This document shows positions 47,720 through 57,173 of a stretch of 64,000 nt of DNA, one piece after another. Both the position numbers and the translations under genes were made by a program. The notes under the pieces were generated by a model, which was not told the origin of the DNA, searched no databases, and worked only from the letters and a program-made list of their open reading frames with translations. Source of the DNA: Candidatus Melainabacteria bacterium 17Bon1m (GTDB taxonomy: Bacteria; Cyanobacteriota; Vampirovibrionia; Obscuribacterales; Obscuribacteraceae). How positions within the stretch are numbered: position 1 is the stretch's first letter; the number at the start of each line of letters is the position of its first letter. The stretch is taken from contig JAVLKG010000006.1 of the NCBI GenBank assembly GCA_032128875.1, positions 192,001 through 256,000 on the forward strand, written 5' to 3'.

Positions 47720-48187
47720 TCAGCGATCGTCGTAAACCCGGCAGCGAAATTCTTGTGAAAACAGGTCGTCGATTACATCTGCGGCATGTGAAACGTTCCA
47801 GATCAGGGTGTTCAATTCCTCTTGGTCCAGCCCGGCTATTGGTCTCTGCGACGTAACCAAAATGATTTCCTCGTGGGAGCTCAAAGAGCAGCAATTCAAC
47901 TCCTGGTTGAGTTCCAGGCACCGTTGAAAGAATCGCTCGCGGTCGGTATCTGGAAAGTGAACAATGGGGCTGGTGACGCGCAACATGATTTTGCCCGATT
48001 TGTCCTCCTGCAGGAATATGTACACCTTTGCGGAGCCTTCCATCAGCCACCAGCCGCAGCTGTCGCGGTCTCCATCTAGCGCATGACCATCCATGTCCAG
48101 CTTGCGCCGCTTGAAGTAATCCGAGAGCATTGCAACTACACTTTCGACGGTTCCTTTGGGTGGTGTTCTTGTGCCGAAAAGACCCAT
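47720..48187 (-). CDS. YbjN / T3SS-chaperone-fold protein
   Basis: GSAKVYI, LRVTSPI, CLELN, LDQEEL, ADVIDD; ATG 48187 follows GAGG. Confidence 0.75.
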   Translation of the reverse strand: MGLFGTRTPPKGTVESVVAMLSDYFKRRKLDMDGHALDGDRDSCGWWLMEGSAKVYIFLQEDKSGKIMLRVTSPIVHFPDTDRERFFQRCLELNQELNCCSLSSHEEIILVTSQRPIAGLDQEELNTLIWNVSHAADVIDDLFSQEFRCRVYDDR

Positions 48188-48351
48188 TTTCTTTCCTCTT
48201 AGCTTGGAGCTGGGCGTCAGCGCATATTTTAGCCGGTTGCCGAACATACTTTAGCTGCTCATACCTTAGCCGCTGGCCGCTCATGCTTTCCGATGCCAAA
48301 ATCGCTAGAATTTTCCCTTGAACGGTCCGCGACTCGACTGAGGAATGCAAC

Positions 48352-49296
48352 TTGCGAAAATCGAAAGGCGCCGTCGTTCTATACCTCAGCGCCCTGACTA
48401 GGGTTCTTGGTTGTTGCTACTTTCTGCTCACCCTTGTTTGCATGGTTTTGGTCTCCTGCACACCTGAGGCGAAAGAGTCGCCCGTTGTTACAACGCTTGC
48501 GGATCCAGCATTGATTGACTGGGATAATGCGAAGGTTTCGGTTGACTCCAAAATCGTCAAATATGCGGGCAAACCTTTCCTCAAAATATCCCAGCGAGAT
48601 AAGGAAGCGGAAGTTACAGTCGACGCCTACATCCACTGGAAAGGTGGAACGGCGCCGTATCTGCCGGTTAAAACTGCAGTGGAAGATCGAGTCGCCAAAG
48701 ACTGGCGCGCAGTGAAGCTTTCGCCGAGTGAAACTTTCATTGCAGGCGGAGCATTTCAAAAACCAGAAGGGGTGATTGATCAATCCTGGATTTTAGAACC
48801 AAAAACATCTCGCATTAAGGATGGTCCACAACTGTTGCGTGCTCGCAAATCGTGCACTCTGACGCCGCTTTCGAACGGAAAGATTTTGATCAGCGGAGGG
48901 CTTGATGGTAGTGGCACTCCGATAGATGAGTGTGAATTGTACGATCCGAAGAATCAGACGATGGCAAAATTTGCACCACTGGCGATGCCCCGCACAGGGC
49001 ATACTGTTTTAGAACTTAGCAATGGAAAACTATTGGTCGTCGGAGGCAAAACAACACCGAAGCTTGCAAATGCTGATGGCGACCTGACCTCTCAGATTGA
49101 AGTATGGGGTTCCGAGGGAAACCGTTTTGAGATCGTTGGTGCGACCAAGAAAGCTAGCTACCAGCCACATCTTTATTTGATGAGAGGGAACGATGTTCTA
49201 ATCGCAAACGGACATGTGTTCGCAAATAGTTTGGAAACCCAGGAATCGCCCCCTGCAGAGATTTATACCTATAGCGCACAAAGCACTGAACCATAA
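48352..49296 (+). CDS. Kelch-repeat protein, probable lipoprotein
   Basis: LVSC lipobox-like; ARKSCTLTPLSNGKILISGG and PRTGHTVLELSNGKLLVVGG repeats. Confidence 0.8.
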   Translation: MRKSKGAVVLYLSALTRVLGCCYFLLTLVCMVLVSCTPEAKESPVVTTLADPALIDWDNAKVSVDSKIVKYAGKPFLKISQRDKEAEVTVDAYIHWKGGTAPYLPVKTAVEDRVAKDWRAVKLSPSETFIAGGAFQKPEGVIDQSWILEPKTSRIKDGPQLLRARKSCTLTPLSNGKILISGGLDGSGTPIDECELYDPKNQTMAKFAPLAMPRTGHTVLELSNGKLLVVGGKTTPKLANADGDLTSQIEVWGSEGNRFEIVGATKKASYQPHLYLMRGNDVLIANGHVFANSLETQESPPAEIYTYSAQSTEP

Positions 49297-49325
49297 TAAG
49301 CCGGCGAGCCGCCGGCGCTCCTAGG

Positions 49326-50297
49326 CTACTTCGCTACAGCGAGGTCTTTTTCTGTGATGGGCACTACGCCCTCACGGTGATACTGTAAGGTCCCAGCGAG
49401 CACTGCCAGGTTGGCGGCGGTGTGGATGTCTTTGCCCCGATGTAGTGACGCGCACATTGCGGCGAATGATTGTTCACCACAACCGGTGGCATCACCCATT
49501 GCGTTGTCGGCTATTTGAGGGCACTCGATTAGTTTCTCCCCATCCTTGGATGCAAGGACTGCGCCATCTTTGCCGCGGGTAAGTAGCACATGCTGCGGAC
49601 CCATCGCCAAAAGTTTTTTAGCTGCTTCGACGGCTGTGTTGTTGTCTGTAATTTTTATGCCAGTGAGATGTTGCGCTTCATCGTCATTAGGCTTTAAAAG
49701 AAAAATGTCGCTATTTATCAGCGAAGCCACGTCGGCGTCGCCGCGCGCGCCGCCGGGGTCCAACATCACCTTGATGTGGTGCTCGCGTGCCTTTTGAATG
49801 GCAAATATTGCCGTCCCGAAGGGGATTTCCATCGACAGAATGAGCATGCCTTTGTTCCGTGAGACTGCACGAAAAAGATGGTCCGACTGCAACAGATCAT
49901 CCGGCGAAAGCTCACAATTGACGCCTTCGACCACATAGGTATGCTTTTTACCTTCTTCGTCCATGGCCATGAGCGTAATGCCGGGCCAGCCGGTTTCTTT
50001 GTCGAATCGCACGAAGCGAATGCCGGAACAGTCCACCCCTGCTTCAATTAGAGCATCCACCGGCGGTCGCCACAGACCGAAAGGATCTTGAGTCGTACGA
50101 CCGACCATTGCAACTTTGCCTTGTCCCAAGAGAGCCGCCAGCATTTGGCCGACATAACGGGATTTGCCACCGGGACCAACTTTTAACTTGGTTCCGTATC
50201 CAATTTCGCCTTGCTTTACCAGCGTTGGAAATCCAAAGCCAACAATGTCCGTATTGAATGACCCGATTACCAGGGCCGACAGACTGTCAAAACTCAC
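49326..50297 (-). CDS. PfkB/ribokinase family carbohydrate kinase
   Basis: VIGSFNTD, PGGKS, KPNDDEA, LTRGKDG, DATGCGE. Confidence 0.85.
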   Translation of the reverse strand: MSFDSLSALVIGSFNTDIVGFGFPTLVKQGEIGYGTKLKVGPGGKSRYVGQMLAALLGQGKVAMVGRTTQDPFGLWRPPVDALIEAGVDCSGIRFVRFDKETGWPGITLMAMDEEGKKHTYVVEGVNCELSPDDLLQSDHLFRAVSRNKGMLILSMEIPFGTAIFAIQKAREHHIKVMLDPGGARGDADVASLINSDIFLLKPNDDEAQHLTGIKITDNNTAVEAAKKLLAMGPQHVLLTRGKDGAVLASKDGEKLIECPQIADNAMGDATGCGEQSFAAMCASLHRGKDIHTAANLAVLAGTLQYHREGVVPITEKDLAVAK

Positions 50298-50613
50298 CGT
50301 TCGGTACCTATAGAGCGCTAGCCTGAACGAGTTACTAGGAATGCCTGAAGTCCAAAATTATACCTGTATACATTGAGGTAGATTACGATTTTGGCTTTCC
50401 GCAGGGACTAAATTTCGGAACATTTCAAGGGCGTCTGTGTCTTATGGTGAGTATGGATGAAACCAGATTGGTTGAAATCCAGGGGGGAAAAGAGTTTTCT
50501 TTCACACGAATTTCATTCGTGTAGCGAAAACTGTAGTAGGGGGAACTTATTTCTCAGACGCGCAACACCGCTTGGTTGCTGGCTTTGCCATAACTTCCAA
50601 GTCGAATTGGTGA

Positions 50614-51348
50614 TTGCTCGCGCGAGCAAGTGAGCTGGAGGGTAGTCCAATGTTTAGCGCATGGAGATATGAAAACGGGCTTGATGAGTGGATGGAGCGA
50701 AAGCTGGGACCACGTTTGTCCCGAATTGCACGTCCGATTGTTGTCACCGCTTTGGATATCGTTGCTGCGCCAATCGAACTGACACAACGTGTCTTTTATC
50801 GCCCTAATAGAAACAAAGACACCTTTGTGGTTGAAGATTTGCATGCAAAGTCGAAAGGTCTCCTCACTCAAACTTACTTAGATACGTGCACTCAGACTTT
50901 CTACGCTGACAAAAGAAGTTCGCCACAACAAAATCCGAATCGCACCTATGAAAACCTTGCGGCTTGCAATTCAGGCACGTTCAAAACCATTGATCCTGTC
51001 GCTCACCCGCATGTAGACTCGGCTGCGAGTGTGCCGATTGCTCCGCTCGCACCCGAACATCACGCGCCTAACAGCATCACCATGCCTGCGCGCATGTCCG
51101 ATTCTCAAATTCTCTCCTCGCGTCCACGCCACCTGTTGGTCCGACCGTTTAAGGGAGAATATGCGGTTAACGAATTCGGTGCCACAGCTTCCGGTACCTT
51201 CGTTCCGCTGGCTGGCTTCCACAAATGGCAGCAAGAGAATGTGCCCAAGAGACCGGAAAACAAGGCATCGAAGTCGGGTAATTTCCCAGCCACGTTGCCC
51301 GGTGAGAATCCGCATGGTCTTAAGCAGTTCCTCAGTACCGACGGCTAG
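50614..51348 (+). CDS. Hypothetical protein
   Basis: Longest ORF in the gap; no recognised motif; start uncertain. Confidence 0.45.
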   Translation: MLARASELEGSPMFSAWRYENGLDEWMERKLGPRLSRIARPIVVTALDIVAAPIELTQRVFYRPNRNKDTFVVEDLHAKSKGLLTQTYLDTCTQTFYADKRSSPQQNPNRTYENLAACNSGTFKTIDPVAHPHVDSAASVPIAPLAPEHHAPNSITMPARMSDSQILSSRPRHLLVRPFKGEYAVNEFGATASGTFVPLAGFHKWQQENVPKRPENKASKSGNFPATLPGENPHGLKQFLSTDG

Positions 51349-51469
51349 AATCCGCAAAGCCGTTGAAAGTGCGGTTTAGAGCTGCACTGATCCGGTTCGT
51401 TACGGTCTGAAGCGAATGTGATCTTGAATCCTCCGGCTAGCCTATAATCGGCTGACCGGAGGATTTGCT

Positions 51470-52054
51470 ATGGACATACTTCGTCAGCGCATTTTGAATG
51501 ATGGGAAACACCTTGGAAAAGGTATTCTCAAAGTCGATTCTTTTATGAATCACCAGATTGATCCGCTTCTGATGCAAGCGGTGGGCGAAGAGTTTGCCGG
51601 GAAGTTTAGACAGTTCAATCCCACGCGAGTGTTGACCGCGGAAACAAGCGGCATTGCGCCGGCACTTGCCACAGCGATGGCTTTGAGAGTGCCATTGGTG
51701 TTTGCAAGAAAACATAAACCAGTGACGATGGCAGCGGAGCCTTATGTCGAGTCAGCTCCTTCGCATACCAAAGGCGGCGTCGTTGACCTCATCGTCTCTT
51801 CAGAATATTTAGAATCAACTGACCGCATCTTGATCATCGATGATTTTCTCGCCAGCGCAAAGACACTTGTCGCTCTCGCGAATCTTGTCAAAGCAAGCGG
51901 CGCTACTCTCGTCGGAATCGGTGCTGTCATCGAGAAGGAATTCCAGGGCGGACGCGCTCTTCTGAAGGACATCACTGTCCCCATTGAGTCGCTCGCCATC
52001 ATCGAAAGCATGGACGAAACGATCGTGTTGAAGGAAAAAGTCAGCGCAAAGTAG
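51470..52054 (+). CDS. xpt: Xanthine phosphoribosyltransferase
   Basis: ILKVDSFMNHQID, TAETSGIAPA, FARK, LIIDDFLA, IEKEFQGGR; GGAGG RBS. Confidence 0.95.
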   Translation: MDILRQRILNDGKHLGKGILKVDSFMNHQIDPLLMQAVGEEFAGKFRQFNPTRVLTAETSGIAPALATAMALRVPLVFARKHKPVTMAAEPYVESAPSHTKGGVVDLIVSSEYLESTDRILIIDDFLASAKTLVALANLVKASGATLVGIGAVIEKEFQGGRALLKDITVPIESLAIIESMDETIVLKEKVSAK

Positions 52055-52150
52055 CGCTTAGAAGATGGCAGATTGTCCGGAGTAAAGACTAAGCCTGCTT
52101 CCGTCCTTGCGCAGGATTACCTGCCATCTTTCCGAAAGTTGGTCCCACAT

Positions 52151-52489
52151 TCAGTCCCCGAAATCGGAGCCCGCGACGCTGAGCAAGTGAAGCACGCGGC
52201 GGCTTGCTTTGAATTTGTCACCGAATTTTGTCAGCGCTTCTTCTCGCATTTTTGGCGCATGACGCTTTAGATATGTCTCTAGATTGTCTTTACTTTCGAC
52301 GATGTATTGAATCGTCCAAAGTTGCGAGCCATCGGGTTCGCGCTCTTCTTCTTCGTGATTGCGGAAGAACCATTGTGCGGCTTTGAAGCCTTCGAATTTG
52401 AGCATCTGATCTATATGCCCAGGCAACCAGCCTGCAAATGCGAATTTCGCTTCTTCTTTGACTTCGAGATTTACTTCGTAGACAAGCAT
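52151..52489 (-). CDS. DUF4286 family protein
   Basis: YEVN, WLPGHI, YLKRHAPKMREE..KFG. Confidence 0.8.
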   Translation of the reverse strand: MLVYEVNLEVKEEAKFAFAGWLPGHIDQMLKFEGFKAAQWFFRNHEEEEREPDGSQLWTIQYIVESKDNLETYLKRHAPKMREEALTKFGDKFKASRRVLHLLSVAGSDFGD

Positions 52490-53469
52490 GGTTGCATTAC
52501 TCCTTTCGCAATTAACTCCATCGATTTGAGAACTTGTTTGTGGGGAAGTCCGCCGAAATTATTGATAGCTAGAAAGTTGGTGAGTCCAGCATTTTTATAC
52601 TGTTGTGCGACGCGAAGCACCTCTTCAGTTTCACCGAATGCCACCAGATCCTTTTGGATGAGTTCGTCGATTGGCCGCTGTTTTGCATAAAGCCTTGTGC
52701 GTACATAACGATCCATCGGTTCTGTCGCTTCCTTTCTTGCTTGCTCTGTTGTTGCTGCGCAGTGAGTGTGAAGTCCGAAAGAGATTTCGATCTGCTTTGA
52801 GTCACCACCCGCTGCAGCAAATGCTTCGCGATAGTTTTTTGTTGTCTCTGCTAACTCTTCCAATTTCTCTGTCGTAGCATAGGGAATCATCATCATTGGC
52901 AGCTTCTGCGCCCCAACAAACGGTGCAACTTCGTTGCGAAGGGCAGCAACATGTATGCGAGGTTCTTTTTGAACAGGCACCACATTCAGTTGCACATCCT
53001 TGCAGTCGTAGAATTTGCCTTTGTACGAAAACTTCTCACCAGTCCAGGCTTTTCGCAGTATTGCCAGGCTCTCGTCGAAGCGTTCTCTCTTATCTTGTGT
53101 GTCAAGATTGAAACCAGCAAACTCGTGCGCGAGGTATCCGGAGCCGACGCCAAGTTCCAATCTACCATTTGAAAGAATGTCTACCATTGCCAGGTCTTCA
53201 GCGGTGCGCAGTGGATTGTCGAATGGCAAGACTACGACAGCGCAGCCGAGCTTAATGCGCTTTGTCCTTTGCGCTGCTGCCGCCATCCAAATTGCTGGAC
53301 GCGGTATTGCACCGTATTCGTGGAAGTGGTGCTCTGCTATCCAAAAAGAATCAAATCCAAGAGCTTCTGCAGCTTCCGCTTGCTCGAGCAGTTCTTCATA
53401 GAACGTACCGACATCGCGCGGCAGCTCTTTTGGATAATGATCGACAACCGAAAAAATACCGAACTTCAA
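52471..53469 (-). CDS. LLM-class flavin-dependent oxidoreductase
   Basis: GFDSFWIAEHHF, PLRTAED, DILSNGRLELGVGSG. Confidence 0.92.
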   Translation of the reverse strand: MKFGIFSVVDHYPKELPRDVGTFYEELLEQAEAAEALGFDSFWIAEHHFHEYGAIPRPAIWMAAAAQRTKRIKLGCAVVVLPFDNPLRTAEDLAMVDILSNGRLELGVGSGYLAHEFAGFNLDTQDKRERFDESLAILRKAWTGEKFSYKGKFYDCKDVQLNVVPVQKEPRIHVAALRNEVAPFVGAQKLPMMMIPYATTEKLEELAETTKNYREAFAAAGGDSKQIEISFGLHTHCAATTEQARKEATEPMDRYVRTRLYAKQRPIDELIQKDLVAFGETEEVLRVAQQYKNAGLTNFLAINNFGGLPHKQVLKSMELIAKGVMQPCLSTK

Positions 53470-53575
53470 AGCCGTATCTCATTCGTTTTGGGGCGAATTG
53501 ATAATAGCATCCTGTAAGGGAGCCGCATGTGGCTGCCTGCGCAAGGCGGCTCATGCGCCGGACTTACATCAACTG

Positions 53576-53613
53576 AAAAGCGAAGGGGCGACTGCTGTTG
53601 GCACCGCCCCTTC
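53576..53613 (-). terminator. Probable terminator hairpin
   Basis: GAAGGGGCG/CGCCCCTTC stem followed by GCTTTT on the minus strand. Confidence 0.55.
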
Positions 53614-53872
53614 TTCCCCTTTAAAAAGTTTGTAGAAGCCAAAAAGCGCTTGAGTTTCGGATCGTTAAATCCGAAACCCCAGCTTCCCCTTCACACATCT
53701 TCGAACGCGTTGTCTCTTGCGTTCTGTACTCATAATAGGAAGCCCTTGTTGCAGTTTTGTTGCAGCCAAGAAACGGTTTACAAGTGTTTTTTAAGTGCTG
53801 AAAATAGCCACCGGATGGAGCGTTCCGGAAGTAATCAAAAATTGAACCACTTTACATTTTTGGTGATGAAAG

Positions 53873-54679
53873 CTAATAGGTCATATCAATTTTGATTTTT
53901 GTGCCGACGGCCGGGCAGGCAAATTCTTCCCAGGCCGAGCCGCCGCGCTTGAACAATTCCCAGAAGCGTCTGTCGTGTCCGGAGCTGCCCGGCGCAAAAG
54001 CCAGGTCACCTTCCATGACATTGAAGCTGCCCGCGGCTACAGTCGCCGCGCGAATGATGGAGCCGATTGTAATTTTTACACGCTGCCCATCTTTGAGCTC
54101 AGACACGAGAGGATGCCCTTCGCGGAAGGTTGTCTTCAAATTTCCAAACGAATCTTTGTAGCCGATAACTTCTTTCGGTTCATCCATAATGACTTTTGCA
54201 GGATCCAGTTTGTGTACCAAGAAAGAGAAGTCAGACTTAACCGCCTGCGCGATTATTCGAGGGAAGAAGTCGCGAGAGCGAAACTGACTGCCGAATTCCT
54301 CTGCGTCTGTGCTCCACAATTCCAAAATTTCATCACGTATGAATGACATAGAATAGCCACTGTTGACCGCGATCACGTGCACGCCGTTTTTCAAACTGGC
54401 ATACAACAGTCCTTCGCCTTCATTGTCCTGGCGAGCTTCTTTGACATCTTTTCGTGGCGCGCAATTTGCGAAAATCGTCAAACTTTCAGGCTTCAAAAGG
54501 TCGGTCGCGCAGCTCAGTTGACCAACGATAAAGCCCGTGCTGACCGTGTCGAAGGAGTTGACCGACGTCATGTGCAGTGGCACATCCTCAGTCAGTTTTG
54601 CTTTGAAAGCCGAGTAAACTTCCGCCCAAGCCAAGTCGCCGGGAGCGTAATCACAGATGACGTGCAAATAGCTGGTCAT
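53873..54679 (-). CDS. SAM hydrolase / halogenase (DUF62) superfamily protein, atypical
   Basis: ICDY N-terminus, SFD, FRSRD, DSFGNLKT, ELFKRGGSA. Confidence 0.75.
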   Translation of the reverse strand: MTSYLHVICDYAPGDLAWAEVYSAFKAKLTEDVPLHMTSVNSFDTVSTGFIVGQLSCATDLLKPESLTIFANCAPRKDVKEARQDNEGEGLLYASLKNGVHVIAVNSGYSMSFIRDEILELWSTDAEEFGSQFRSRDFFPRIIAQAVKSDFSFLVHKLDPAKVIMDEPKEVIGYKDSFGNLKTTFREGHPLVSELKDGQRVKITIGSIIRAATVAAGSFNVMEGDLAFAPGSSGHDRRFWELFKRGGSAWEEFACPAVGTKIKIDMTY

Positions 54680-54953
54680 AGATTCCTTGAATCCTCAATT
54701 TTGAGAAACGCTAGCAATCGTGAGCGCGACCAAATCTCTTGGGCGCTCTAAAGAGTATAGATGAAACTCAGTCCCCTTCGTCATAAGAGCTTTGGGTTCT
54801 CAAGCAGCTGCTCGTTTTCGCTAGAGAGGCTTCAAGAGGCACATAGACCTATCTACTTGTTATGATGTGATGCTTCTGGAATTGGGCATAGGTCCAAGCG
54901 ACCTACCGAGTTCGCAGTAAGATGTCTTCAAACTCTAGTGGCAGGAAAACAGC

Positions 54954-55877
54954 TTGCGAAATATATTGAATGCTGTCTGGTCATTCCCGCTCACTCGCAT
55001 ATTCACCTTCCTGGTGATTCTCTTTCTGGTAATTATTCTTAGCGAGCCAATAATTGTTGCACTGATTGGCAAGACCGGTACATCAGCGCCACTAGCGATT
55101 TTTCTTTGGACTGAGGTTTGGCATTTTCTGATTAGTTTTGGATTGCTTTCGCTTTTCGTGAAGGGCGAGCGCGCAAAACTCGGCGATTTTGGCGTGAGCA
55201 TGAAGAACGCAGTGCCTGAGCTGTCATTGGGTGTTGTTGTCGGAACGCTGCTTGTTGCTGGCATTGTGGGTGTTATGTTTTTGCTAGGCATCTATAAACC
55301 GATTTCGCACAGCAGTGGTTCAGACTTATTGCTTGCGGCTGGCACACTGTTTTTCGCAGCGGTGACGGAAGAGTTGATATTTCGCTCTTATGCGCTCAAT
55401 GTCTTGGAAAAACATTGGGGCACCATTGCTGCAGTTATCGTTTCGTCTGCAGGCTTCGGATTTGCCCACATGCTCAATGATGCCGGTGGTTCGACGGTGC
55501 AGAGCAAATTATTGTTTTGCACATTTCTTTCACTGGAAGCCGGGGTATCTCTAGCTGCCTGCTATGTTTTCACGCGCCGGTTGTGGATGCCCATAGGTGC
55601 GCACTGGATGTGGAATTTCTTTGAAGGACCGGTGTTCGGCACGCACGTATCCGGTGCCGATTTTGGTCAGAGCTTAGTGACCGCCAAAATGGAAGGACCT
55701 ATGCTGCTTACCGGTGGCAAATTCGGACCAGAGGGCAGCGTGATCTGTTTGGTGCTCGGCACCATGGCCGGTGTCGTCCTGCTGTATCTTTCTAAAAAGC
55801 GAAACAATTTGATTTCGTATGAAACAGCGCAAAATCGTTTGAACAACGAGATCGAATCGAATCAAATTGCAGCATAG
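54954..55877 (+). CDS. CPBP (Abi/CAAX) intramembrane glutamic protease
   Basis: EELIFR, FGFAH, HWMWN, FGPEGS. Confidence 0.9.
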   Translation: MRNILNAVWSFPLTRIFTFLVILFLVIILSEPIIVALIGKTGTSAPLAIFLWTEVWHFLISFGLLSLFVKGERAKLGDFGVSMKNAVPELSLGVVVGTLLVAGIVGVMFLLGIYKPISHSSGSDLLLAAGTLFFAAVTEELIFRSYALNVLEKHWGTIAAVIVSSAGFGFAHMLNDAGGSTVQSKLLFCTFLSLEAGVSLAACYVFTRRLWMPIGAHWMWNFFEGPVFGTHVSGADFGQSLVTAKMEGPMLLTGGKFGPEGSVICLVLGTMAGVVLLYLSKKRNNLISYETAQNRLNNEIESNQIAA

Positions 55878-55930
55878 AAGTACAACAGGCCGTTCGCCGC
55901 AGCAGACAGAACCGAGACAATAGGAAACTC

Positions 55931-56749
55931 ATGGCAGAAACAAAAGACGAATCGAACAAGTTGCAGACTTCGGACTCACATGTCGAGGTCAACGGCGTTT
56001 TGCTCAAAGTTCGAAAACTCGAATTAGAAGCGCCGCGCGCGACAATTGTTTTTCTCCATGACTCGCTTGGATGTATTCAAGTTTGGCGCGATTTCCCTGA
56101 GCGGTTGTGCGCCGCTACCCACTGCAACGGAATAATCTACGACAGGCAGGGCTACGGTGGTTCTGGTCCATTCACGCGCGAGCGTGACCTTCAATATTTA
56201 GAGCGTGAAGCCGATGCGCTTGCCGCGCTTATGAAAAAACTCGGACTACCGAAGGGAATTCTTTTCGGCCATAGCGACGGCGGCTCCGTTGCACTCTTGG
56301 CGGCAGCAAAGACGCCAGAATGCATTTCTGGGGTTATCACGGAAGGTGCGCATGTGTTTGTCGAAGAGATAACTTTGAATGGTATCAGGCAAGCTCAAAA
56401 GCTTTTCGCCGAAACCGATTTGCGCCAGCGTATAACCAAATATCATGGCGACAATACCGATGGTGTGATCAGCGCATGGATAGACACGTGGCTTTCGCCT
56501 CAATTTCGTGATTTCAATATGGAGCACTTTCTGCCCGCGATAAAATGCCCCGTGCTTGTTCTTCAAGGCGAAGGCGATGAATACGGCTCGGAGGCGCAAG
56601 TCGATGCCATCGTCAATCAGGTCGGCGGCAGCTCACTGAAGGACATGGTCAAGTTTGCGCGCCATACACCTCACAAAGAAGCGCCAGAATATACTCTGCG
56701 TGTGTGCGCCAATTTTGTCACAAGCTTGAATTCAGTTGTAAATCCGTAA
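55931..56749 (+). CDS. Alpha/beta hydrolase
   Basis: FLHDSLG, YDRQGYG, GHSDG nucleophile elbow, DEYG, HTPH. Confidence 0.9.
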   Translation: MAETKDESNKLQTSDSHVEVNGVLLKVRKLELEAPRATIVFLHDSLGCIQVWRDFPERLCAATHCNGIIYDRQGYGGSGPFTRERDLQYLEREADALAALMKKLGLPKGILFGHSDGGSVALLAAAKTPECISGVITEGAHVFVEEITLNGIRQAQKLFAETDLRQRITKYHGDNTDGVISAWIDTWLSPQFRDFNMEHFLPAIKCPVLVLQGEGDEYGSEAQVDAIVNQVGGSSLKDMVKFARHTPHKEAPEYTLRVCANFVTSLNSVVNP

Positions 56750-56787
56750 GTTGGCCCGAGCGCCCGCTTCTAGCCGGCATTTTGAAA

Positions 56788-57153
56788 TTACGTTGTTTCA
56801 CCGAGCAACTTGCGCAGGCGTGCAGATAGATCTTTCAAGTGAAAAGGTTTGAGCAGATAATCGTTTGCGCCCGCCTCGAGCCCTGCTTGTTTGTCTTTCG
56901 CCTGGTCGCGACCGGACAGCATAAGTATCGGCGTCGTGCCGCCTTCTGAGCGAAACTTCTTGCAGATGTCGATTCCGTCCATTCCCGGCAAGTGTCCGTC
57001 CAGCACCACGAGATCGTAGGACTCGAATTGCAGATGTTCGCAAGCTTCCGGACCAGTGTAAACAGCATCGACGATGAACTTCTCAAATTCCAGCCACTGC
57101 CGAATTTGATCGGACAGGAATTGGTCGTCTTCTGCAATTAGAATTCTCGCCAT
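56788..57153 (-). CDS. Single-domain response regulator
   Basis: ILIAEDD, VLDGHLPGMDG, LKPF; start ATG 57153. Confidence 0.9.
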   Translation of the reverse strand: MARILIAEDDQFLSDQIRQWLEFEKFIVDAVYTGPEACEHLQFESYDLVVLDGHLPGMDGIDICKKFRSEGGTTPILMLSGRDQAKDKQAGLEAGANDYLLKPFHLKDLSARLRKLLGETT

Positions 57154-57173
57154 TTTCGGATCCTCGAAATTCA

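Noticed and set aside
47634-48350. 238-aa minus-strand ORF
   Set aside because: Alternative frame over the YbjN-like gene; Arg-rich and not protein-like
51349-51469. Purine riboswitch expected upstream of xpt
   Set aside because: No purine aptamer consensus visible
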